This document shows positions 25,556-38,719 of a DNA stretch of 64,000 nt, one piece after another. The first letter of the stretch is position 1. Every line of letters begins with the position of its first letter. The notes under the pieces were generated by a model, which had not been told where the DNA came from, did no database searches, and saw only the letters and a list, made by a program, of their open reading frames with translations. The position numbers and the translations under genes are program-made. Source of the DNA: Torpedo marmorata (taxonomy: Eukaryota); contig OZ360225.1 of assembly GCA_977017645.1 (NCBI GenBank), positions 53,692,001-53,756,000 of the forward strand, read 5' to 3'.

Positions 25556-25921
25556 TCTCTATTATTTGAAATAAACTTGTGAGAACAGACTACCTCTCAG
25601 TTCAATACCATCAAAAAGCACCTCCTACCATCCCACAGAACTGCCAAGCTTTATATTACCCACAACATTCTAACTCCGAGGCAAGTGCGAACAGCTGGGC
25701 TACCTATGCAGCATACTGAAGCGAATGAAAATGTCCCAAGCCACTTCATAGTAATGTAATGAGACAAAAGTTGACTCAAAGCCAAAGAAGGTTCCTTAAG
25801 GATAGATGCCCAAAGCTTGATGAAAATAAGTATGTGTTAGAGAGCATCTTAGATAAGAAATGATTGGGAAAGAAGAAGAAGATTTTATCTGATGAACTCT
25901 CTCGTATAAGCAACATTCATT

Positions 25922-26068
25922 TTGTCTCCCCTCCCTGTCTCTGTAACCCCCTCCAGTCCCCTGCACCCCTCCCTGTCTCTGTAACCCCCTCCAGTCCCCT
26001 GCACCCCTCCCTGTCTCTGTAACCCCGCCTCCGGTCCCCTACACCCCTCCCTGTCTCTGTAACCCCCA
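25922..26068. repeat. About 37-bp tandem repeat, ~4 copies
   Basis: ccctccctgtctctgtaaccccctccagtcccctgca repeated. Confidence 0.9.
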
Positions 26069-26069
26069 A

Positions 26070-26965
26070 CCGGACCCTACCGAACCGGATCCTCTTGTTG
26101 GAACGGCGGCGCTGCCGGAGCCGCTGCCGCTGGTGCGGACCCGCGGGGAGCGTGGGAGCGGAGATACAGTGCTCCCGCGGGGTGTAACCGCCCAGTTGAC
26201 TGCCGTCGGTTCCGCACGGGCTTTGAACGGCCCGTTAAAGGAGCCGACGGTGGTTTTATTTAAGATCCCGCGACCGCGGGGTCTGCGCCCAAGATGGCAG
26301 CGCCTTTTAACCAGCAGCAGCCACGAGGGGCTGCAGATTCCGGGGAAGCGGAGGACTGGAGCAGGGCACCAGAGGACGGGAAGATCGCCCCCCATCTGAG
26401 GAGGAGAATCGCAGGAGACGACCCACAGGACGGTGACCACGGCGGCGGACCGGTGAGGGGATCTGAGGCTGAAGGACCAGTGCACGCGGCCGGCTGTTGG
26501 TGACTCGAGGCAAGGAACCACGGAGGCTGTGGGCTGCTGGAGACTGCTGTCGGGGGACTCACGCCGGGCTGCGGACTGCTGGAGGCTGGCTCGAACTGGC
26601 TGGAGGAGTACCAGGTATCGGAACCGGGATGCGAGGGGGTGCCAAGGGCGACCTGACCGTGTTGGAGGTTCGGATCTGGAGCTCGGGATGCCGATGGATT
26701 GGACTGGACTCTGTGTGGCTGCGGAGGCTGTGGAAGCGCTGGAGGCGAATCTATGGACACTTGGTGACTCTGGGGGAACTCTCTTTTGCTTCTCTTTCTC
26801 TGACTGTGAGGAATGTTAGAGCCGCTTAGGCAATTTCTGCCGGTGGCGAATCTGTCTGCCTTGCAGCAGGCAAAAAGAAATTTCATGGAATATGACACTG
26901 TCTTATTACTATGACAATAAATTGAATCTTGAATCTTGAATCTTGAATCTTGAATCTTGAATCTT
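26070..26965 (+). mobile_element. Non-coding GC-rich non-autonomous retroelement, copy 2
   Basis: Homologous to 3432-4155; ends atgacaataaa(ttgaatc)n. Confidence 0.8.
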
Positions 26966-27460
26966 TTAATTAAGATACTACCATCTGGGCATCAGGAAAA
27001 CAAGAAGTACTAAATTGTTATTTTACCTCAGGGTATGAATCAGTTAATGATGATGGCAATAAAGTCTAACCCTTTGCCTATGCTCCACTCCTCGCCATGA
27101 CTCCCAGTGATACTTTGAACTTGACAATGGTTCTTCCCTTTGACCTAGAAGGAAGTCGCAGAGGGAGAGCTGCAGATAAGGCCATAGGAGGTCATCACAA
27201 TAGAACTGTGCCAGTCCCCTGCTGAGTCTCTGGAATGGATGGGTTGGCACTGTGAGGTAGATGAGGAATTGGGAGAGATTTGCAGTCAGGTTGGAGAGGG
27301 GAGGGACAAGAGCAGGGCTAAATTGCACTGTGGATCTTCAAAAACCAACCCCTCTTGGGCCATTATTGAATCATGTTTAGAAGTTAGGCAGCCGTATCAC
27401 CCATTGATGAATACCTCAGTCCCTGCAGAAGCCCATTCCCTCACTTATTACCTTGTAACC

Positions 27461-27684
27461 CAGCCATTCTCAACCTTTTTTTTGCTATGGCCCACCCAGG
27501 ACTATGCTCAAAGTTTATGGGCCCCCTTCCCTGTGAAGTGGTCATGTTTTGGTTTCTTCCATACTTCTCTCCTACCGACTACGTAAAAAACATTAAAAAT
27601 ATTTATGTTGCATGAGGTGAAAAGAAAACAAGGCTTTTACTTAAGTGTGCTGTGGTCCCCAGGGGCCCCCGTTGAGAATGGCTG
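27461..27684. mobile_element. Short hAT-type MITE
   Basis: Perfect 14-bp TIRs cagccattctcaac / gttgagaatggctg; imperfect 8-bp TSD ttgtaacc / cagtaacc. Confidence 0.8.
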
Positions 27685-28789
27685 CAGTAACCTATTCTTT
27701 TTCACGTGCCTAACTATATGCCAGTTCTCTTCCCACCTACCTACGTAAGGGATATTTCATAACAACTATTTAACTAACAAACCATTGTATTTTTTAAATG
27801 TTGGAGGAAATTAGAGCACGCAGAGAAAGACCATCCTATCACAGAAAGAACTTGCAAACTCCACATGCTCAGCACCAGCAGTCAGGATTGAACCAGTGTC
27901 ACTGGAGCTGCACTGCCTGCTGCACCAGAGTGCCTCTGCATTAGGAAAGCAAAATGAAATGAAAGCACATAGTTTGCTGATCCTGAAGCACAAACATGTC
28001 ATTCAAAATATGTAGAGCCACCCCAACTCAAGAGGCCAAATGGCCTCCTTCTGTCCTGCATCCTCCATGTGATTCCAATGGACAATGGACCCAGCTGCCC
28101 TGAAGTGCAAGTAACAGACTTTCACTAAGATTGTGGCTGGTCTGCAACCTGAGACTCCATTCACCACCCACTATCATCACAGACACTCCTTGGTGACAGA
28201 ATATTTAGGGTCAGATTTACTTAAAGGCTCATTCTGAAAGATGACTCGTCTGGTCAAAAGAAGCAAGTTAAAATGATATCAAACAAGAGGGCAGTTGATC
28301 TGAGGAAGTAAATTATTGCCCTGTTAAGAGTTCCACCAGATTAAAATCTTTCATCAATCTATCTCCATTCATAAAAAATAAAAATCCAACCATATGCTGG
28401 AAATCTGAAATAAAAACAAAGTTTGCCAGAAGCACTGTAGAAACATCCTCTCTTTATATTTAATGCCTGTGTCAATGTGAAGTGGCAATATTATCTAAAT
28501 GCCAATTTTACTTCCCATCCCAAGTCAAATTTGGAGTGGCACAACGTCCTTTTGGAAAAAAAGAACCCATCTCCTTCTTTGTCAGCTGTCTCAAATTGAC
28601 TGCCTCGCATTGAATTCGATTAAGGATAGATTGCTGATTTTAATGAGTCAGGTACAAAATAAAGAACATATCATTTTGTTTGCAGCTGAGTCTTCAAAAG
28701 CAACAGAGTTAGAGGCTGACTTGGAGAATGGGAGTGGCCGATATAACTATTTCTTAGTTGACCAACATAATGGGTTCCTCAGAATCATA

Positions 28790-29900
28790 GCATAACAGCA
28801 GGGAAACTGACCAGTTGGCCCATCATGTCTACTCCAACCTCCAACTATTTAATTCATTCATTGTTATTTTTATATCCTGCCCACATTCTCACCTGCTCCT
28901 CACAGATTCTACTCCTCAGCTACACACTAGGGACAACTTACAGTGGCCCATTAACCTTCACATCTTTGGGATATGGGAGGAAACCGGAGCACCCTGGAAA
29001 AACCCACACAATCACAGGCAGAATGTGTACATTTCACACAGACAGGAGAGTGAAAGGCTAGCGTTGCCAAGATAACAACCTCTCTTTCAGCATCGATAAG
29101 GAGATGACCATTGACTTCGGGAGAGGGGGAAGAAACCTCACCTTTGTCCACATCAATGAAAAGAATAGATAGCTTCAAGTTCATAGGAATAAAAATCTTC
29201 AATGACCTGACCTGGACCCACCACGTTGACATGTTGGTCAGGAAAGTACAGCAATGCATCTTCTTTGTTGGATGATGAAGGAAGTTCAGCGTGTCCCTCA
29301 GCAACTTCACAGGTGCACCTTTAAAAGCATACTTACTGGATGCATCACAACGTGGTATGGGAGCTACTCTGCTCAAGATTACAAGAAACTGCCGAAGGGA
29401 GTGGTTGCAGTTCAGAACATTATGTAAACTTCCCTCACATCCATGGACTATCTACATCTCCCATTGCCTAGGAAAGACAGCCAACACACTGAAGGACCCA
29501 TCACATCCCAGACACACATTCTTCTCCCTCCTCCAATCAGGGAGAAGGCTCAAGAGTGTGAAAGCACACACTAACAGGCTTCCTCCCCACAGCCATCATC
29601 TCCTGAATGAACACCAATAACAGTGCTGGTGTGCTGCCATTGTTTTGTAATAAATGATCTTATAATCTTTCCCTCATTGATTTTATCTTCATTGTAATTG
29701 TATATTTTATAGTTGTGCTCTTGTTCTTCTATATGATTGAATGAATGATAGAGTTAACCTGTTAGACTGCTCACAGAAGAACACTTTTTGCTGTACTAGG
29801 TATGTGTCAAATACACTTAAACATAAACCTGAGGTCATGTTTGAACTCAGGTCTTTGGCACTCTGAGGCATCCACGCTCCAAGTTACGCTACTATGCTTT
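28790..29900. mobile_element. Old V-SINE (minus) interrupted by a decayed Rex-like LINE (plus, ~29065-29830)
   Basis: V-domain tgggaggaaaccggagcaccc; Rex-like peptides EMTIDF, FKFIGI.I.NDLTWT.H, KDPSHP.HTFFSLLQSGRR. The SINE head resumes near 29830. Confidence 0.65.
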
Positions 29901-30416
29901 CCGTACCATGAGGTTTGTCATTCCACAACATCAACAAGTAAGTTGCCCTGCACACTGGGCACTGTTTTAGAAAAAGCTATTAACACATCAATCCAAGGAA
30001 ACATGTTTTACCAACTTTCAGAGGGGGTGCATACATTGAAAGTATAAAATGGAAAATTATTGAACTGGATTAATATTCAATTATGTTTGGGTGGAAGATT
30101 TTGTTGCTTAGTTACATGCTCTTGTTAATAAATCCCATTCCAAGGACAATGCTGGCAAAATTACCATTCGTTATAAAAAGGGGAAAATGGCTGTTAGATT
30201 GATCATCCAGGATAATCCAATCTGACGACATTTGAGATGGAACTTTTATTGATGGAGATGGCCAGTGGGGGCATTTTTGAGAATTAAACATTATGATTTG
30301 GACAGACAATGATAATTAATGTGATTTAATGCAGGACCTAAGAAATGGAACTGCCCAGCTATCCAAAATGGCCCAAGCATGATTTTCCTGGGAACTAAAT
30401 AAGACCAAACAAGTTT

Positions 30417-30635
30417 AAACACAGAAATGCTGGAGGAACTCAGCAGGTCTCTCAATATCCATAGGAAGTAAAAAATATGTAACTGACCCTCCCTTGAAGA
30501 AGGGCTCAGGCCCAAAATGTCGAATATACAGTATATCTTTATCTTGTAAGGACGTCTCGAGACCTTCTGAGTTCCTCCAGCATTTCTGTGTTTTCACTAC
30601 AATCGCAGCGTCTGCAGACTTTCATGTTTCACTCC
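30417..30635 (+). mobile_element. Fold-back element with degenerate hammerhead motif
   Basis: 27-bp perfect inverted arms at 30417-30443 and 30567-30593; the loop has ttgaaga-a-gggctcaggccc-aaaatgtc. Confidence 0.75.
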
Positions 30636-30989
30636 AAGCAAATTTAATCCTTTTTATTTGATCAGGTGTGCCGGAATTATTTCTGCTTAATCTTCCCTGA
30701 TAGTTAGCTTTACTCTGAAGGCAATAGGGGTTGAATTTTCTTCGGAAGCAAGAGGTGAGTGAGTCCTGTACAGAGAAAGCAGTGGGCAATCTCCTACACC
30801 TCTCCTACACTTCATCCTCTGCCGGATCCACGCATTCAACCACAGATTCTATGCACACCTGGCATCCATCAATGATCAGAAGCTCACGTCCCTGGACACT
30901 GCCACCTCGGGGAAGCCCCACGTGGGTCTCCACTTTGGCCCTGGCGGTTTACAGGACGAAGCTCCTGACACGGGTCTCCATCTTGGCCT

Positions 30990-31300
30990 CGGTGACCTAC
31001 AGGATCGAGCCTCCGACATGAACTTTCACCCTGAAGCCGCCGGCCCACAGGACCGGGCTTCACACGCGGGTCTCCATTTCAGCCCCGGCGACCGATAGGA
31101 TCGAGCCTCCGACATGAACTTTTACCCTGAACTCAGCGACCTACAGAACCGAGCTTCAGATGCGGGTCTCCATTTCAGCCCTGGCGACCGACAGGATCGA
31201 GCCTCCGACATGAACTTTTACCCTGAACTCAGCGACCTACAGAACCGAGCTTCAGACACGGGTCTCCACCTTGGCCCCTTCGACCTTCAGGACCGAGCCA
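30990..31300 (+). repeat. 96-bp coding tandem repeat in the Penelope N-terminal region
   Basis: gacatgaactt recurs with ATG at 31018, 31114 and 31210; unit MNFYPELSDLQNRASDAGLHFSPGDRQDRASD. Confidence 0.85.
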
Positions 31301-33829
31301 CGGTTGCGAACTCCCACCCTGGCTCAGGGAGCGCACGGGCCAGTCTCTCTCCACCCTCTGACTTTCCCAACCCTCCCCATCTTCCCTTGGACCCTTCCTA
31401 CCCTCCACCTCCTGATCCACCCCATCCTCCTCCCCTCCCCTACACCCTCCACCCCATTGAACCTCCCTCTAACCCCTGCCTAATCTTCACCATCCCCTCC
31501 GACCTTCCCCTCTCGGAGACTGAACGCTCTGTCCTCAGTAGAGGCCTCACCTTTGTCCCCCTTCGCCCAAACCTTAACGAGTACCGCGCATGCCATGATG
31601 TTGAACTCTTCTTCCGTCGGCTCCGTCTCCATGCTTACTTCCACAACCATGATTCTCCACCCCCCACTACTGATCTCTTCTCCCACTTTAAAACGTCTTC
31701 TTCCTCCTGGACACCTCGTTCTGGTCATCTACCTGCTCTGGACCTTTATATTTCCAACTGCCGCCGTGACATCAACCGTATCGACTTCACTACACCCCTC
31801 ACTCATTCCAATCTCACCCCCTCGGAACGCCTGGCCCTCCACTCTCTCCGCACCAATCCGAACTTCACCCTCAAACCTGCAGACAAGGGTGGCGCTGTTG
31901 TGGTCTGGCACACTGACCTCTATCTGGCTGAAGCCAGACGACAACTCTCAGACACCTCCTCTTACTTACCCCTCCAACAGGACCCCACGAAAACTCATCA
32001 AACCACTGTATCATATACCATCTCTGAACTCATCACTTCCGGTCACCTCCCTGGCACGGCCTCCAACCTTATTGTTTCCCAACCCCGTACCGCCCATTTC
32101 TACCTCCTACCCAAGATCCACAAACTCAATTGTCCCAGCAGACCCATCGTGTCCGCATGCTCCTGCCCCACCGAATTGGTCTCCGCTTACCTCGACTCTG
32201 TTTTGCCCCCCTTGGTCAAGTCCCTCCTCACCTACATCCAGGACACTTCACATGCCCTCAATCACTTCAATAACTTCCAGTTCCCTGAACTCAATCGCCT
32301 CATGTTTACCATGGAAATTCAATCCCTATACACTTCCATTCCCCATACTGAAGGCCTCAAAACCCTTTGTTTCTTTCTGGACAATAGAACCAACCAGTCC
32401 CCCTCCACCACCAGCCTCCTCCGGCTGGCAGAACTTGACCTCACCCTCAATAATTTCTCCTTTGACTCATCCCACTTTCTCCAGGTTAAAGGGGTAGCCA
32501 TGGGTACCTGCATGGGCCCCAACTTTGCCTGTCTTTTTGTTGGCTAAATAGAGCAATCCATGCTACAAGCCTACACAGGCAAGGCCCCTCAACTCTTCCT
32601 CCGCTACATTGATGACTACTTTGGTGCTGCCTCATGTACCCATGATGAGCTCGTTGACTTCATCCACTTTGCTGCCAACTTCTACCCCAACCTCAAATTC
32701 ACTTGGTCCATCTCTAGCAACACTCTCCCTTGCTTCGATCTCTCCATCTCCATTTCAAGAGACAAACTCTTGACAGACATCTATAAATCCACCAACTCCC
32801 ACAGCTACCTCGACTACACCTCTTCCCACCCTGTCCCCTGTAGGATTCCATTCCATTCTCTCAATTCATCCATCTCTGTCGCATCTGCACTCAGGATGAG
32901 GACTTCCATGTCAGATCATCAGAGATGTCCTCCTTCTTCAAACAATGTGGCTTTCCCTCTACCACCATCAATTCGGCACTCATCCACATATCCTCCATTA
33001 CCCGCACATCTGCCCTGGCCCCCTCCGCCCCCACACGCAACTAGGATTCCCCTTGTCCTCACCTACCACCCCACCAGCCTCCGTATCCAACACATCCTCC
33101 TCTGCCATTTCCGCCACCTACTACGTGATCCCACCACTAGACACATATTCCCCTCTACTCCCCTCTCCGCCTTCCGCAGGGACCTCTCCCTCCATGACTC
33201 CCTTGTCCACTCTTCTCTCCCCACCAATCGTCCCCTTGGGACCTACCCCTGTGACCGCAGGAGATGCTCCACTTGCGCCCACACCTCCTCCCTCACCACC
33301 ATTCGGGGCCCCAAACAGTCCTTTCAAGTGAAGCAACATTTCACTTGTGAATATGCAGGGGTCATCTACTGCATCCGGTGCTCCCGCTGTGGTCTCCTCT
33401 ACATCGGAGAGACTGGTAGCAGACTGGGAGATCGCTTTGTTGAGCACCTCGGCTCTGTTCGCCGCAATACGTGGATCTCCCAGTGGCCACCCATTTCAAT
33501 TCTCCATCCCATTCCCTTGCTGACATGTCTGTCCATGGTCTCATGTACTGCCAGACTGAGACCACCCGTAAATTGGAGCAACAACACCTCATCTTCTGAC
33601 TGGGCACCGTCCAACCGGACGGCATTAATATCGACTTCTCTGGCTTTCATTAAACCCCCCCCCCCCACCCCCCGTCATCTCTCCTTTCCCTGTCTCCTTT
33701 CACACAGACATGATAAATTCTCACCTAGTCCCTTATCACATCCAATTAACACCTTTTGTTGGTCTGGATTCCTCCCCCATTGTTTGAATTCTGAGACTTT
33801 CTGATATATCCTGCTTCTGCCTTTTCTGA

Positions 33830-33870
33830 TTTTTCCTTGAAGAAGAGCTCAGGCCCGAAACGTCGGCAAT
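33830..33870 (+). ncRNA. Putative minimal hammerhead ribozyme in the Penelope 3' terminal repeat
   Basis: (T)TGAAGA - stem II-like gagctcaggccc - GAAAC GTC. Penelope-like elements are known to carry minimal hammerheads. The core has U instead of C at position 3. Confidence 0.55.
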
Positions 33871-34884
33871 ATATCTTTGTCCCCTATAGATGCTGAAAAG
33901 ACCGGCTGAGTTCCTCCAGCATTTTGTTGTGTTTACTACAATAACAGCGCCTGCAGCCTATCGTGTTCCAATCTGCCACTTTGGTTGACTGCCTGGTTTT
34001 AATGTGACTTGTTCACTGCCAGCCTGAAGTAGTATCCCAATGATCTGGAGCCTGGGGATCAGACAGGGAGGCACCCTTATATTACACCACTGCAGAAACA
34101 AGTTAAAAATTTGTCAAATATCCAGGAAGTGACAGAAAACATTGTGTTGGAGGGGCAGCCAGCTCATTTACTGTCTCCATAGTAGTAAGGATATCACATG
34201 TGTCATTATGACTCCAAACTACAAGCAACTGTGCTGCAAATGTTTGCCAATCCTTCACCACCTTTTCTTGACTGCAGCTGATCTCTTTAATTGGCACTGA
34301 ACATGGCTGCCTCTGCCAAAGTTAGGTGGGCAGTATCAAGACTTGACAATGATTGGCCAAGGGTCAGGCATGGAAACTTAAATGCCCTGTTAGACCCTCT
34401 CCCCATTGTTGAGTGCCAAATGTTCCCAATTACATTTTACTGGGAGATCGGGCCTTGTAAAGTCCAGGTGACATTTCACAAAGGCAAGATCATAAGTAGA
34501 AGGTAAGTACTGCATCATGATGCCAGCATGGAAACGAAGCAAAAAAGAAACCATAAGCAATTCAGACACATTTTTAGGAGTTTATACTTTTCACTGTCCC
34601 TCTCCAGCTGTGTCCGTATATGCCAACATAATGTCGGAAGTCAGAATTGATTCAAGGCTCCAACTCCAATTGAAAGTATCTTTGAGAGATGTCGTCATGT
34701 GGCTTCCAACCAGGCCACTATTGGTCAACCATCAAATGACAACTGGACGGAGAAGATACTGTCCCCTGATTGGGTTATCCTTGGCTATCAATATAGTCAT
34801 ATTTTATCCCCTATTTCCAAAAGTGAGAACTAATGACTTTTTTCCCAGCATTATCCTTGGAATTAAACTTCAATTCTAGGACCA

Positions 34885-35500
34885 AAACTGCTGGAGGAAC
34901 TCAGAGGCGGTGACAGCATCCTTGGAGGGAAATGGACAGCTCACATTGCTTCCACCTTCACTCTCCTGCTGCTGTCCCCAAATCCAACCCTCCTGCTCCC
35001 CCGCCTGGTTCTGCCTGTCCACAATATTTGATCCCACCTCAGTCCACCTATCGCCAACCGACCCAACCCCCCTATCCTCATTTAGACGACCTGTCTTCCC
35101 TCTCCTCTGTCATGTCGACTGTCCATTTCCCTCCATGAATGCTGCCTGGCCCACTGAGTTCCTCCAGCAGTTTGTTTTCTGCTCTAGGTCCCAGCATCTG
35201 CAGTCTCTTGTGCCTTCAACTCATGGAGATTCCAGGACAATCTCAGAGAATTGACATAATACCCCTCTGTGATTCATGACCAGATGTGGTATGGATGAGG
35301 GGAAGTGACTGCCCAGTTCCTATTACCTGCAGCTCGTGCTCACCACCACCCCCCACCCCCCCCCCATCCCTTTTATCTGGGCTTCTGCTCTCTTTTGTGC
35401 TTGTCCCGGTGAAGGGTTATGGCCCAAAACGTCGACTGTCTATTCCCAACCCTGGATGCTGCCTGACCTGTTGAGTTCCTCCAGCATTTGGAATGTTGCT
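34885..35500 (+). mobile_element. Two Penelope-terminus-derived elements
   Basis: ctgctggaggaactcag..ctgagttcctccagcag, and gtgaagggttatggcccaaaacgtc..gatgctgcctgacctgttgagttcctccagc. Confidence 0.6.
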
Positions 35501-36015
35501 CACGTTTGTTTGCCTCCTCACTCAAGCTTTCATATTTCCCATATGGCTCTAAAATGAGATCTGATTTCCATGAAAATCATCTAAGCCAAACCCTGATTGA
35601 CAGATTCCCTTTAAACCTTGATCTTCTGCTGAGGCAGATAAGAGAATTCTTGTGACAAATGGCAGGTGGGTACAAAAATAGGTGCTTCACTACATGCAGA
35701 AGATCCTGACCAAAGTGAAGCTGAAGAGCAAGAGATTTATTCATTTGTTCACTAAATGTGTATGTTAGTAAAATTGTAGCAACACATCCAATTTCCACGG
35801 CATGATGAATTCACAGTTCCTTAACCATTTTACTCAGGATTTCCATCGCAAGAAGCGTGGAACAAGGCAGTTCACACAATCAGTTCTGAGTCCACAACAT
35901 TTGTATCACGAAGTATTTGCAAGAAGCTACATAATTCGGAAAAGACTACATGGCTAGTTTTCCTAAATTATTTGCGTATAAACACACATCTTTGATGTCA
36001 CTGATTCTGAAGTCG

Positions 36016-36017
<2 letters not shown>

Positions 36018-36085
<68 letters not shown>

Positions 36086-36433
36086 ATGTGCGCACGCACA
36101 CGCATGTGCATGTGTGCATGAATGTGTGTGTGTGCATGCATGCGTACATGCGCATGTGTGTGTGTATGTGTGTGTGTTCACATGTCCACGCGCGCACGCG
36201 TGCATGTGTGCATGAATGTCTGTGTGTGTGCGTGTCTGTGTGCATGCACGTGTGTGTGTACATGTGCGCACGCGCACACATGTGCATGTGTGCATGTGTG
36301 CATGAGTGTGTGTGTGCATGCATTCGTGCATGCGCATGTGTGTGTGTTCACATGTCCACGCGCGCACATGTGTGCGTATGTTCATGAATGTCTGTGTGCG
36401 TGCGTGTCTGTGTGCGTACGTGTCTGTGTGCAT

Positions 36434-36483
<50 letters not shown>
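36018..36483. repeat. (GT)n compound purine-pyrimidine microsatellite
   Basis: Pure GT runs flanking a degenerate gtgcat/gcac-rich core. Confidence 0.95.
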
Positions 36484-36484
<1 letters not shown>

Positions 36485-36799
36485 GTCATGGTTTAAAAAA
36501 TGTGAACAGTAACAGGCAAGGATATACCTGTACCTGCGAGCTTGACAAGAAAATAAGTACGAAAATACGCATCAATGAAATATGTGACCATCATTGTGGA
36601 CTTAACACTCTCTTGTAGTTTATATGCTTTTATTGCTTGGAGGGGACCTTGTTATTTTGGAATATTTATTTTATGTTAAATGACAGTCCACTCTTCGATG
36701 AGTCGTTAATGTTAAATCCCATATCGCAGGGAGGATGGATTATTCAGTCTGCCTCATGATGTGATCTCATCCAACCTCTGTACTTCAAATATAGCTTCT

Positions 36800-37010
36800 T
36801 ACATAGAACATAGAACTGTACAGCACAGGAACAGGCCCTTCAGCCCACAATGTCTGTCCCAAACACAATGCCAAATTAAAACAAATCTCTGCTGCTTGCA
36901 CATGATCCATATCCCTCTAATCCCTAATCATGTATACTGTATGTTTAAATGCCTTTTAAATCCTACTGACATATCTGCTTCTGCCACCACCACTGCCAAC
37001 TTATTGAAGC
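36800..37010 (-). mobile_element. CR1 3' end; further pieces at 38482-38720, 43026-43281 and ~51406-51440
   Basis: (catagaa)n tail and acaggcccttcagcccac. Later pieces continue the CR1 ORF2 (LARLHLDYCVQ..LERVQ in 43026-43281). Confidence 0.7.
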
Positions 37011-38481
37011 TGTTATGGACCATGACTGACCATTTGGACTGCGGACAGTCAGCAGGAAGAATGAAGTCTTTTGGAGTACACACTGGGACCAGGTACTGAA
37101 AGAGTTAACTTGCCCAGTACTGGGTGTGCTCACAGAGAGAGACACATAGAGAGAGAGACAGGCTGTGGAAAGATACTTTGTTGCAATTTTGCAAAAGCAG
37201 ATGCAAACCTCTGAAAAAAACATTCAGTTTTGGAGTTGCAAGAGGCTGGAACAACACAGCCAAATCCATGCTTGTGCATTCCAGGGAGAAAGGCTGGGAG
37301 AATAGCACATGACCTCCTGTATCAGCAAAATCCTGATTTAAAGCAACTTTCATTGAGTACAGGCGTAAGATCAGCGAGACAGGCTGTGAGATCCAAGTAT
37401 ATGCCTCAATCAAAACTGATTTGGAACAGCAATCCTCGTGTACCTAACAAAAGGCAAAGTCATCAGAAGGATAAAGCAGGCCAAGCATTCGTAAGCTTAA
37501 ACAGTCATTGTCTCTCTCTCCAACGTTCATTAACAAGTCCATCGTGCCAGCACACAGAGCTGAATTTGGACCCTGAACATAGAGAGTGATTTTTGTGGAC
37601 TGTATTTTTGGGACTGACTTACTTTTATGACTGACCTGCGGTTTTGGGGAAGGTTTTTCCATTTTTACATGAGGGTTGGGCACAGACTGTAATGGTCTGG
37701 GCTTTACACACACACACACTCACGCACCCTTGAGATAAGAATAGTGTTTATAGATGTTTATAGTGGGGTTAATTGTTAAGAAATTATATGTTTAATTGTC
37801 TTTAATATTAAAGTATTAAAAATTACATTCCCAATGGACCCTATGATATTTATTTTTGGAGATATTAAAAGAGTTAGTATTAAGATGAAATTAAATATGT
37901 ATCAAATAGAATTTCTGAGAATTGCTTTAGCGGTATCTATGAAATGTATTGCTATTACTTGGAAATCCGACGTAGATTTAGGGTTAGAAAGATGGCATGC
38001 AGAACTTCGTTCATGTATACCACTTGAAAAAATTACTTATAATTTACGTAATAAGTATAATTTTTTTTTGAAAATATGGAGCCCATATATGAAGGTTGTT
38101 GGTTTAAGGATTTGAAGATCTCTGGACATTGGATCTGACTAGCAAACCTATCCTCCATAATAAAATTAGTTATAGGTGTAATTTTTTTAGACTGACATTT
38201 TCCTTATTCTATCTTTTTCTTTTTTTTTCCTTTTTTCTTTCTTTCTTTTTATTTTAGTAGATTAGAAGGGGTGGGAGGGTTAGGGAGGGATGGGAGGGAG
38301 GGAGGGTGAAAATGTATCACATGTATTTTGATAATTTTATATTTTACCTTATGTATTTTGTGATTTAAAAATTTTTAAATAAAATATTTTTTAAAAAAAT
38401 AAAATAAAAAAATAAATATATATTTCAATTTTACCCCTTTTGCATTGCATCTTCTGTCTTTGCTGGTTTGAATTTGTAACA
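37011..38481 (+). mobile_element. Solo LTR (~880 bp excluding the L1 insert), copy 1
   Basis: TGTTA...TAACA ends; homologous to 58285-62703 (opposite orientation); imperfect 4-bp TSD aagc / aagg. Confidence 0.75.
37826..38414 (+). mobile_element. L1 3' fragment
   Basis: ORF 37834-38115 matches the C-terminus of 53792-55204; G-rich 3'UTR and A-rich tail. Confidence 0.9.
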
Positions 38482-38719
38482 AAGGCATCCACCACTCTCC
38501 ATGTAGAAGCTTGCCTCCTGCCTCTACATCACCTTTAATCTATCCCCGTCCTCCCCACTCACCTTAAACACAGGTCCTCTGGTGTTTGACATTTTTACCA
38601 TGGAAAAAGATTCTGACAGTCTACCCGACCTATGCTCCCATAACTTTATAAACTTCTATCAGATCTCCCTTCAGCCTTCAATGCTCCAGATAAAACAATC
38701 CAGGCAGCAGACCACAATG

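Larger units (their letters stand above)
30760..33970 (+). mobile_element. Penelope-like element (RT plus GIY-YIG endonuclease), decayed
   Basis: RT: VLSRGLTFVP, KPADKGGAVVV, FYLLPKIHK, RPIVS, GVAMGT.MGP, RYIDD. GIY-YIG: GVIYCIRCSRCGLLYIGETG.RL.DRF.EH. Stop near 32545 and later frameshifts. Confidence 0.92.

Noticed and set aside
34468-34502. Possible plus-strand micro-exon before gtaagt
   Set aside because: Weak acceptor, no recognisable peptide and no partner exons.
35946-36618. His/Thr- and Cys/Val-rich ORFs
   Set aside because: Translations of the (GT)n microsatellite.
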